The notes under the pieces were generated by a model. That model saw nothing but the letters and a program-made list of their open reading frames with translations, was not told the DNA's origin and did not search any database. Shown one piece after another: positions 24,280 through 34,700 of a stretch of DNA of 50,287 nt. This DNA comes from Perkinsus chesapeaki ATCC PRA-425 (Eukaryota > Protista > Perkinsozoa). Numbering within the stretch: the first letter of the stretch is position 1; the number at the start of each line of letters is the position of its first letter. The position numbers and the translations under genes were made by a program. The stretch lies in contig JAAPAO010000226.1 of assembly GCA_013115145.1 (NCBI GenBank), forward strand, positions 1 to 50,287. Reading direction: 5' to 3'.

Positions 24280-25123
24280 ATGATGAGCGATCAGGATCCT
24301 CCAGCGCCGACAACCCCTTTGAGTCTGCCCGAGTCATGTTACACTGATCAAGTTGGGGGCATTCATATCCCTAGAGCCATCGCCCACTCGGACATCGCTA
24401 TAACCCGCCATAGGAGATTGAACAAGACCAAACTGTGTCGTTATGGAGAGCACTGCACGTGAGCTTACTAAATTCGTGGCGCGCAGGAATTTTTCATCAG
24501 ATACCGTCCTTTGGGGAGATGCTTTTATGCGCACACTGAGGAAGAGCTGAAAGAGCGTCCACCCAAGACAGAGGAAGAGGTTCGATTAGCAACACCAGCA
24601 GCAGCGGTGCCTTGGCAGAGACATCATTCAGATTGCCGCTGAACAAATGGAAGCCGTCCAGAACATAACAATGCAGGATCAGGCTGCCATGTGGGGAATG
24701 TGGCCATCACCACCACCACTGCAATTTGGTTATCCTCTGGTAAGTTGCCTCACGTTGCTTAGCTCGAACATGCCGCTGTTTGTATAGGCATTCAACCCAT
24801 ATTATGGCAACCCTATGTCCGCGTATTGGGCCTTCGCAATGCAGGCCGCTGCCGTGGCCGAGGCAGCTAGGGTGAGCTCATCACGCGGGCATTCCGCCAC
24901 GGTTCTCCCAGGCCGCTACTCCGGCCGATCCGGCTCCGATGGTCGCTACTGATTTCAATACCTATAACGGTTTGGACTATCAATCATGGGTGGCTCTGAA
25001 ATACGCTCAGGATGCTACCAGTAAGACACAGACCTTGCCAGGTTATTCGGTAACCGTGGTTTAGGCGGCTCTAACAGAGATAAGCATCTCGATATCCCGA
25101 CAGCCTCAGCCAGTGCTGCGTAA
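24280..25123 (+). CDS. Single CCCH zinc-finger protein, copy 2; last exons tentative
   Basis: GIHIPRAIAHSDIA...KTKLCRYGEHCT|YRPLGRCFYAH...PPKTEEE|IAAEQ. First introns are at the same positions as in copy 1. Confidence 0.72.
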
Positions 25124-25140
25124 GGTTCAATCTTGCCTTC

Positions 25141-25432
25141 TCACTGGATACTCCTTTTCAGAGGATCAATGACGGCAGAGCATTTCTCTGACCACAGCGG
25201 CAGTATACCGCATGGTACCTCGGAGGCAGGTACCAACGCACAAGGTAAGATGCGCTCTGATAGATATCGAAGGACTCCGTTTAGACGATCCTCTGGAAAC
25301 TCAAAGCGATCACTGTGGCGCAGATGCACGTGCCGATCCGGGCACTTTCTTCGGGGAGAAGTACGCTGATCACATTCGCATGTTTGATAGTAGCCGTGTT
25401 AGGGCGAGGTCGCGATAGAAAGGATTGTCCAT
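25141..25432 (-). CDS. Small hypothetical protein (~76 aa, one intron)
   Basis: Removing a 61-nt GT-AG segment gives MDNPFYRDLALTRLLSNMRIDRFEFPEDRLNGVLRYLSERILP...RSIQ*. No family recognised. Confidence 0.33.
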
Positions 25433-25664
25433 CACTCCCTATTTTCACCGCGATGACGCTGGATAGCTGACGTGCGATGCATTGTGTCGACGTCTACTAT
25501 CGACAGACTATTTTCCATAATCATGATGCTGTTATTCATGGCAACAAGGCTTTGCCAGAACGCGCAGTTGCGCTAATAGGATCTATTGCGTTATTAAGTG
25601 ATATCGATAAAGCTCATACGGAACTGTGGGCAACACGATAAACAAGCCACAGATGAAACTATTA

Positions 25665-28640
25665 TCATTTATAGAAACTACTCCTAAAACGCTCATACAG
25701 TGCAATGCCGAGGCATTCTATCACCACCGTTACCACAATGTGTATGCCACAATAGAGAGCGAGTCTGAAAGGTAAAGGCGATGGTAGACGGTGCTCGGCG
25801 GCCAATGATATGTGAATCAGTTTATATAAAAATATAACAGCATAAACGAGAGCCAATATAAACGCTGGGGGGAGAGGCTTCAAGCTGCTGTACTTCGTAA
25901 CGTCCCTCAGTGTCAACGATATCGCTGCAGAGAGGTAGATGCAGCAAAGCGATTCGTAAAGTGCCCAATTCTCATATGAGCGACACTCCGTCCCAAAGTG
26001 TGGATGGTGAGGTTCGACCGACCATGTCTCAGAATTCACCAGTAGAATTAGCAGCACTTGGAGTCCAATGCCAAGAAGTAGCTGCATCAGCATGAGACAG
26101 GCTTCGACGATGAACGGGCTGGGCTGATGCATTTCCGATATCGACGTCTGGAAGCTCGGTCGTAGGAAGAGGGCAGTGAGCAAGAGAGATGGTAGGGAGT
26201 AGAGGAGGTCAAGCTTGGCGTATTGAGAGTCTGTAAGGTTATCCTCGAAATAATATAGCAATGATACACATGACACTTGGAGAATGGCATACGTCATCGC
26301 GAGACGCATAATAATCACCGCCGCCGCGAAAGCGCCTCGGCCTTGAGCCAGAACTTCGCAGCACAACCATGGCCCCTTGGATGTGTCAACACCCACAAGA
26401 CAGCCTCCAGCGAGATATTGTAGTGCTTTAGCTGTGTTCCATCTTGGGCTGTGCGAGGCCGAGCTTAATACTAGGCCAACCGCCGCAGAAGAAAGTGCCG
26501 GGATATCATTAGTGCCGTCACCGCACATCATCACAGTACGACCTTCGGCATTACAAGAGCGTACATAGCATGCCTTCGACCACGGTGTCATGCGCGTCTG
26601 GACCCTATCATCTTTCACCAGAGGGTCTGTTAGTGTACTATTCGCCTGGAGCAGCCCAATAACACTAGCCGACGCTCGAGCAGTACCATCAGCATCACCA
26701 GTACAAAGGGAACATTTTATGTTCGCCCCAGACAGTTCAGTGACGACTTTATTTGACAGCGGGTGGACTGTCATATGGATGACGACTATACCGATGAATC
26801 GGAGGTTTCCAGGAATCAACCAGTCAGCCTCAGGTACGTTACGATTCTCTCGGCCACCATACGCTATAACGCGGAAGCCACTATTGGTGTACATGTTCAC
26901 TACTTGGTAGAAGTTTGAAGGTATCGTTGCGGAGTTACTCGCAGCGCAAAGGGCTTCAGGGGCTCCTCGAACGTATAAGGCCGTAGGCCCATGGGGAGAC
27001 CCGCAGAGGACGCCAGCAAGCCGAGTGGTCGGGTCGAAGGGAGCATGAGCTATTACTGGGGCCGGGTAAGCAACATCGATGTATGTTGGGATATCGCCAT
27101 TAATCGAGAAGCATGAGGACGTGGCAAAGGAATCCTTGTTGCTGACAAGTGCCAAGCCGTCAGAGTAGTCAAATACTGTTGTCTCACGTGCTTCGTCCGG
27201 GCGAGTCGGGTACGCCGGAAAGTCGTCGCTGGCCATTTCACCAACGAACTCAAGCAGTGCTTCGTCGACAGTATCGGTGCCACGCCGACCAAGTTCTGAC
27301 TGATGGAAGACTGTCACGGCACGACGCAAGGCCCCCCCTTGGGGGGAACCTGCCGCTCGAGATGGCTCCCGTAGAACGGTAAGTGGGTTGCCATAACCAA
27401 CACCGACAACAGTGGCATCGCCAGTAGTGATGGTGTTGGTCTTGTCCAGGACGACCTGGTCCACGAGGCCAGCCAGGACCAGAGGCGGTAGAGAACCGCG
27501 CTGGGCTGCCAAGACTCCGGGAGGAAGGCGCAGAGCCGACGAGCAAGAGAGGTGTAAGACCAAAAGTGCAACAGGTAGAGCTGGAGGCAGCGCATCAGTG
27601 AGAACATCTAGAGAACTCATTATTCGGTAATGCATGGGAGCATGCTCCAATGACAACCAACTGAGCGTAAATGCCACCATGCCTGCCGCGGCCAGGAGTA
27701 GCACACACGCCAGGATAGCCTGTCTCAGACGGAACTCCGCCGCACCCCATTCGTGAGCAATAGTGGCCTCTAGATGGAGTCCTTGGAGCGTCTGGTGGCC
27801 TGTAGCCAGAACGAGAAAAGTAGCGTCGCCGCTGGCATCCAGGAGTCTTCCTCCACACAGAAGCAAAGATTCGGGTCCAGGATGTGATCCTCGAGCAGCT
27901 GGGAGAAGCTTGTACACCTCGGATTCACCCGATATGAAGGAGTGTTCAACAGTCGCAGAACCACACACCAATACGCAGTCAGCGGGTATCGAACCTGCGG
28001 TCTCCAGCTTCACAACATCACCCGGTACCAAAGCAGTAACCGGAACCTCTTCGAACACACCGCGCTGCTTCACGCGAAGGACTACACCTTCCACTGATTC
28101 ATCTGCTGCCGCTTTCATCTCCCGATAGGTTCTATACAGGAGACGCAAATGGAGTCCTCGGGCCAGGATGGTGAGCACCAATATAGTGAGGGCATAGTCG
28201 TAGTAGTGATCTAGTAGCCAGAAGCTAACGGCCACCAATTGAAACCATACAACAGGAGATGATATAAAGTAAGCCCAAAATGCTCGGCGAAACCACAACC
28301 ACGAGCTCGAGGGGAGGGCGCTGTTGAGGGCGGTGCCAGCGTACGCAGCTTTTAAGGTAGCTCGGGCCTGCGGATCTGGGGATGCTAGTTCTTCGGGCAC
28401 TGGCTGATGGAACATGCCTCGTCGGAACGACTCCTCCTCTGGAACGTACATGTAAACAGCGTTACCAATCCGAAACCACATAGCGTGTCCGTGACGGTGA
28501 AGGGGCAGCTTCCTGCCGTTGAGGTAGATGGAAGAGGAGCCTTTACTGAGGGTAGCGGTCACATTTCGCACCGAGTTCACATCGACAAAACGCTTGTAAC
28601 ATCTTGGCATAGCGTCCAGATGGACGGTGAAGGTCTCCAT
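25665..28640 (-). CDS. Divergent P5B-type P-type ATPase (ATP13A-like), intronless
   Basis: 991-aa ORF with LVPGDVV, IPADCVL, SGES, PPALP (P5B M4 signature), DKTNT (for DKTGT), RGAPE, GFRVIAY, TGD, MCGDGTND and multiple hydrophobic segments. Confidence 0.92.
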   Translation of the reverse strand: METFTVHLDAMPRCYKRFVDVNSVRNVTATLSKGSSSIYLNGRKLPLHRHGHAMWFRIGNAVYMYVPEEESFRRGMFHQPVPEELASPDPQARATLKAAYAGTALNSALPSSSWLWFRRAFWAYFISSPVVWFQLVAVSFWLLDHYYDYALTILVLTILARGLHLRLLYRTYREMKAAADESVEGVVLRVKQRGVFEEVPVTALVPGDVVKLETAGSIPADCVLVCGSATVEHSFISGESEVYKLLPAARGSHPGPESLLLCGGRLLDASGDATFLVLATGHQTLQGLHLEATIAHEWGAAEFRLRQAILACVLLLAAAGMVAFTLSWLSLEHAPMHYRIMSSLDVLTDALPPALPVALLVLHLSCSSALRLPPGVLAAQRGSLPPLVLAGLVDQVVLDKTNTITTGDATVVGVGYGNPLTVLREPSRAAGSPQGGALRRAVTVFHQSELGRRGTDTVDEALLEFVGEMASDDFPAYPTRPDEARETTVFDYSDGLALVSNKDSFATSSCFSINGDIPTYIDVAYPAPVIAHAPFDPTTRLAGVLCGSPHGPTALYVRGAPEALCAASNSATIPSNFYQVVNMYTNSGFRVIAYGGRENRNVPEADWLIPGNLRFIGIVVIHMTVHPLSNKVVTELSGANIKCSLCTGDADGTARASASVIGLLQANSTLTDPLVKDDRVQTRMTPWSKACYVRSCNAEGRTVMMCGDGTNDIPALSSAAVGLVLSSASHSPRWNTAKALQYLAGGCLVGVDTSKGPWLCCEVLAQGRGAFAAAVIIMRLAMTYAILQVSCVSLLYYFEDNLTDSQYAKLDLLYSLPSLLLTALFLRPSFQTSISEMHQPSPFIVEACLMLMQLLLGIGLQVLLILLVNSETWSVEPHHPHFGTECRSYENWALYESLCCIYLSAAISLTLRDVTKYSSLKPLPPAFILALVYAVIFLYKLIHISLAAEHRLPSPLPFRLALYCGIHIVVTVVIECLGIALYERFRSSFYK

Positions 28641-28776
28641 TGGTCCAGGTGGGAGTGGAAGCCTACAGTGTAAGACGGTCCGAATAGTAACAACAAGGCA
28701 CCAGTAGTCTTATCATGATGATGAAATAATGAATACATGAACAGTTGTCTACATTGTGTGATATACAGTAGAGTTA

Positions 28777-29468
28777 TCATATATGCCATTGCTTTCCAAA
28801 TTTACCATTCTCTGGTCTGAGAATCTGTCGAAGACTCTTCCGAGGAACGAAAGGACGCTTCTCCTTCTCGGCAATCGGGGAATGGCGAGCCTTGGACACA
28901 CTTCTGGACAGCTTCGGGCTCTTTGGCACAGTCAGCGGTATGTCGTATTGTGGCGTAATCTGAAGTCGCCGCCACTGTAGCGCACCGCACACACTAGCTC
29001 ACCCTTTCCGGGGACTTCTGTCTGTTCAGTTGCATGTATCGTTCGTTCCTTCTCAAACTTCGTTCGAGCATCGCCCGGCCCCTCGCTATCTCCTCGAGCT
29101 AATGAGCCCTCTAACGCGCATCTCGCCGGACAGCCGTGGCACCCACCTGGAGCTCCTCGGTCGATCGGGTCTTTTTCCGAGCGCCAGGAGTTATCGCACC
29201 ACGTGGCGGCACTACTCCTCCTCTAGTCAAAGCTCCCTTACGGATTCTCTTTGCGGCCGGCGGGGCAGAGGCAGGAGCCCGGCGTTGCACAATTCCCTAA
29301 GCATAACGTAAATCCCCATAACGGAACAAACGGCACTTTCTGAGGGGGCGTTCCAGGGGGTGTTTGGCCGCCGCTTTCCAGAGTTCTTTTGTGACCACCG
29401 ACCAGCGCTACTCTTCCACCAACTGGTGGGCTGATGTCGGGATACGTGCATGATGATGATGCATGCAT
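28777..29468 (-). CDS. Small basic protein with TPX2-like motifs (3 introns)
   Basis: Spliced product contains KKTRSTEELQ|LEEIARGR and IPLTVPKSPKL, resembling the TPX2 KSTEELExE and LTxPxSPxL motifs. Confidence 0.48.
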
Positions 29469-29623
29469 TGGTTCTAGCAAACAGTGCAGAGTCGACAAGC
29501 AAGCTGATCGGGCAGAGCAGTATGGCTCCACATGCTGATTGAAGGCGAACGCAATTGGGGACAAATTGATAGGAAAAAATGTTATGAATGAGTCAAGTGT
29601 TCCATCTTACTAGACAGCCATTA

Positions 29624-31463
29624 TCAGGCATGGTCTTGTACCTGAAAGAAGTGCAAAGACTGATAAGCAGTATGTTGGACTCACCATAGCAGCCACGGCC
29701 AAGGCTTCATCGGGTGCTAAAACAGATTCAGCTGCGGCAACCAACTGGGACATTTCCTGGTGGACATTTGCTCCGGTATTCGACCGAACTGCATCTAAGA
29801 AGGCCTCGTATACCTGAGGGACGGAGAACGTAAAGCATGCGGTGGTGTACGATGGTTACCTTTCCCAGCACGCCCATAGGTTGAAGGCCTTCTACACCAG
29901 ATAGAGTCTCATCAAGAGACTTGGACATCTGAGATAGTTGCCTCGCTCTCTCTTCTGGCTCCTTAACCTTCGCGATCTCAGCTCCACGCTGACGGGCATA
30001 GTCGTCACATAAGCGATCGAGAAGGCCATCCAGCGCCGCTTCAGTCTTAGATTTGTCCAGGCCGGGGCAGACAGAGATAGACAGTCGCTCCACAACGGAC
30101 TGTTTCTTTATTTTCCCCAGAAGGCGTATTGTGTCCAATGTCCCCTTATCGGGTGCCCCCCATACCAGCGCTCCATCTCCGCTGAATATATCAGTAACCT
30201 CGCCAAGCATAAGTGAGCCTAGTTCCTGTGCCGTCATACCCTTCCATGCGTCCAGGACCTCCGCCGCCCCGGTAGACAGTGTTCCACAAACCATAACCAA
30301 TGGCCTCTCGCTGCCCGATGCAACACACTCCTGCTGTGCCTCGGTCAGCCTCGCCTGGGTCCACTTCCTCACCGCCATCTCTGCAAAGTGACGTACTTTA
30401 TCCCCAGTTTCATTGTGACTGTTCGCAAAGGAGAGCAAACCAGTAATAGCATCCATATCCGCCGACTCGGCTACCTTACTCAGAGCTGGAGCCAGAGCGG
30501 ATTCACGGAAGCTTTCCTCGAGAATGTTCAACGTTATGAGGGCATCTCGTACTTCAACGTATCGAGGCATGTAGAGCGTGGCTATTTGCTTGGGGGCGCA
30601 TCGTTTGAACAGTTCCCGTAGCTTTATGGACTCTATAGTGCGGAATTCTTGGGAGGCAGCCGTAGTGTCTTTTACTGCCTGGACCATCGCCAAGCGGTCA
30701 GAAGTGCCGAGATCGAAGTCGGCTTTGATTCTGTGCCGTAGCCGACTATCCGCGGCTTCCACAATGTTGAGGCACTTCTCCTCAAGATCGCGGACGGTAC
30801 GGAGGTCTTTGCCGAGCCTATGTAGAGTGCTCTCACAGTTAGCTCTGTAGCCGTTCACCAAGGTAAGGTCGTCTGTTTGTGATGCTAAAGTATCCGGAAG
30901 CTTCCTCAAAGCCTCCAGCTGCTGTACCTGATAAGCCTTAACCACTACGAGGGCTACATGCCGCCGCCGCCCACCCTATCGAGATCCGTAACAGTAGTGA
31001 CCAGTTTCCGGACGGATGGGTCCTCAGTACTGCTGCTTCTTCGAGCGATCTCACCGGCCTCTTCGATTGCCACCTCAGCAGCCCTTGCATCACCGTGATC
31101 TTTGTCCAGGATATCTCCGGTTGTCCGATTGACTTCGCTAACTGCCTTGGCAGCACCCAGGAACTTGGTACAGTTCTCATAGAGGAGCATTCGGAGGTCA
31201 GACTCGAGCTCCGCGCTGCCTTGGGACAGCTTCACATATGCTCGTGTCAGCTCAGACACGCTCTGGCTGTCATAGTCGCCTTCATTCGCAGGCAAGGCCG
31301 AATCGACAGAGTCACTGCGCCCCAAAACTTCACCAGAAGAATCAGCGGACGAACTGTCTGCATAATAGGAACCAAGGAGGAGGCCCAGGCGGCCAGGCCC
31401 CGAAGGTGAGCCCATTGGCGAATCAGGGGGATCGGTAAGTGAAGGGGATATGGCCGATGCCAT
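29624..31463 (-). CDS. VPS51: VPS51-like GARP/EARP tethering subunit
   Basis: LLLGSYY and LESDLRMLLYENCTKFL match the Vps51 N-terminal domain, followed by LRKLPDTL and a long helical region. 3 predicted introns. Confidence 0.78.
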
Positions 31464-31789
31464 TAAAAAAAGGAAATCTGCGGGGCAGGTCTTATTCTGT
31501 GAAAGCTAATTCTCGTAAGTGTTGCAATATTGGTGAGCATTGTCAGTACAACGTATGGTACTAAGGTGAAAGATCCACACACTGCATAAAGTGGCCTAAG
31601 CACCGAAGGACACCGGAGACACACGAGACCACGAGAATCCAATCATGACTTTATGACAGCGGAGCCGAATAAGCCGGTTGCAACTCTGCCGCGGTATGCA
31701 TAGGAAACGTTGACGTGAATTAATCGACCATACAGTGAATACAGCGAACAGCGACACGATGGTGAAATGAGTTAATGAAAACAGGGCCA

Positions 31790-34700
31790 TCAGGAAGGGC
31801 TCAGACGGTCGAACACAATACCTTTCTCGCCTCGGTGGACGTAGCCCCTCGTAAAGAGCTTCTGCAGCCATCTTCGCACAAAAACCATGCCATCAATATC
31901 ATTCGATACCAGCCGAACACCACAGCCGTTTTTGCCGCAAAGGTAAGCGTGAACATCGAGCCACGTTCTAAAGACGCTTCCAACTATGAGGCTAGTGTCC
32001 AGCGAGCACATATGTGCAGCCATTTGCACCGCTAAGTCTTGACCCTCCGGAGAGTCGAAGTCCGGCGTGATGATCTTGGGGACCTTGACCAAAGGCGAGC
32101 CAGGACCAAGTAAGGCTTCCAAAGCATCCGGCTCGTGCTGGGTGGATGGTGATGATGTCTCTTCCGACTCAGTAGATATATCGCGTAACGCTAAGGCAAG
32201 CTCTTGTGCTCTGTGAGCAGCATCAGAGTCATTGAGGACAAGACCAACCACAGGCTTGCCAGATGCTTCAACAGACCTTAGCTTCAGGCTGCGAGTAAGC
32301 CTGGCCAGCTCTTGGGGATCTGGTATGCCATCCACCATCAAAGACTCTAGCAGAGCCCATAGGGAAAATATGGCTCCGGTGACCATGTGCTGGCAGACCG
32401 GCCTAAAGGGGAAATCGAAGCGGGTAACCGTAATGATTCGCTTTACCTCCGATTGGTGTATGCTCTCTCCCATTCCCTTTGGCACTCATCAATGTCCGCA
32501 AAGCTCCTGTACTTCAGTCGAGGAGGCTTCCTCGAGGAGAGTAGCTCGCGTGGCCGCCGTAGCAACTTGTTCGGCAGATCTGGTCGTATAAAGATAAACG
32601 TGGGGCGCCGACCACTAGTAGAAAGCCGAAGGGCAAATCCAAGCCCTGGTTCAGATGGCGGAAGGGGCTCGTACCTACCAGAAAAAAAACGGCTGCCGAA
32701 AAATCGGTCAACTGTTTTAGGGATCTGACTAAGATTCCTAATACAGTTAACCGATTTCTATCAAGTTAGTTAAGCTTAAGTTCTATCTTACTCATAGAAG
32801 CCCTCCGGTATGCCTGCATCTCCTGCGTCGCTGCCAACACTCTGTAGACTGAGCCCACACCTCTTGGAGCCACGCGCGGTAGCCAATGATCGACTAGACG
32901 CCCCTCCTCCTCCATTCCCGTTATAGGAATTGAGATACCGATCGTACACTAGTCCATACGGCGTACCAACATCACTGGAAAGAGTGAGCAAGTGGGTCTC
33001 TGGGCCATTGCCAGCACACAGGAGCTCTGACTCAACCACTTCAATGCTGGACCCAATGCCACTTGAAGCACCCTTGCCACCTATCGAGAGTGGCGATGAG
33101 ACTGGCCGACGGGAGCAGTTGCTGCGTACCGCTACCGTAGGTAAGGAGATCATCCTCCCTCTTGAGAGCATCGTATTGTTCGCTATAATGATAGCTAAAC
33201 CACTTCAACAAAGCATCCTGGATCTCCACTGGCTGTATTAAACATCGATTAAGGAATAGATTAAACGCCGATACCGTCTCGCTGGGAGCGGAGGACTAAC
33301 AAGGACACCACACTTTGTTCTGCGAACCATCTACGGGAGTGGCACGTATTATCAAGGGGACTTCTAGGAGGACTTGATAACTGTTAACCACGAACGGCCT
33401 ACATCCAGAGCTCTTGCTTGTTGTGAGGAAGTGAGACCAGCACTCTCTGCAGCTGCGCAAACAATTCTGAGGAAGTCCCGTGATGATGATGTCCAGGGCC
33501 CGGGCGACTCCCAGACCTGTCTCGGCAAATCCTCCTCGTGGGGCTGAGAGAATCACAGCTCTAACGGCGTCGGAAATGGTGCAAAGAGACTCACCCATGT
33601 ACCATCTTCACTTTCATACTCAGGACCAGCTATCAGCACAAACTGTATCTTCCGCAGAGCCAAGCGGACCGCAGGCAAGTAGTAATCGAACGCACCAAAG
33701 GCCGACGATGCTGCAGGAGATGTAACTGACATGAACAACTCTTGGAGAGAGCCAGAATCGAGGCCACATCTACTACCACAGGCCTCATCGGCTTCATCGA
33801 TAGGAGTTCCAGGGCTACACGGCGTTGAAGGGTTACTGTCTACTTCTGAGCTACTAGTTGCTGGTGTCTCCGCACTGGTCACTTTCTCTACGCCGATGGC
33901 CGAGTTACGGTCGCCTCTGGTGAGGGCGCCCAGCCTAACGAGCCGCCTAGCAACTGCCGAGACAAAACGCAGTTCTCCAAGGAGAGTCGTAACCTGATCC
34001 ACCACCGTAAACCAATGACACCGCTCGATGGCGGCGGACATACCAGCAGAATATACGAAGGAGGTGAGCGTTGATTTGTCCTGTGAACTCGGCCGAGCTG
34101 TTGAACTGTCTTCTCAGCGCTCCATGGTAGCTCAAGCGCTATCATAACCCTCTGTCTGACCAAGGATGACGACCGATAACAATCTCACTCCAAGCTACCG
34201 CTGGCTACCGTCCGCCGCTCTGAGCTCGTGCGTCTGCGTGCAAAGATATGCCTGCACTGGCAGCCTCACTAATAACAGCCACTAGTTTGTCTCCGCGCTG
34301 GAAGGCCTGTTGCTCCTAAACGACGCAACCCTCCCCAGATGCCAGCCCCCACCTCCTCCTTCAAGGCTCACAATGACGTTGATATTATCTCCTGTCCTGG
34401 TAGTTTGTCGAGCTACCAACCTTGTCTTGCCACTGCTGTCAGTTTCCTGTCTTTTAGTCCTGGATAGCACTACCGATGGTAGTTGTAAACCCCTTCCTTA
34501 CCTCCCTGTTAGCTCAGCCACCTTTGTAGGCCCACCCATGAGGTCTATGAGGTCATCCAAGGGATTGGAGGGTAGCTCGAGCTTAGCTGCTTCAGCTATA
34601 TACATTTCGCATAATACAGGATCCTTGTCTCCCAAATGCTTCTTGATAGTGTACTCCAGTAAAGAGCGAGGACCTGCAGCATTCGCCCGGATAGGGGACA

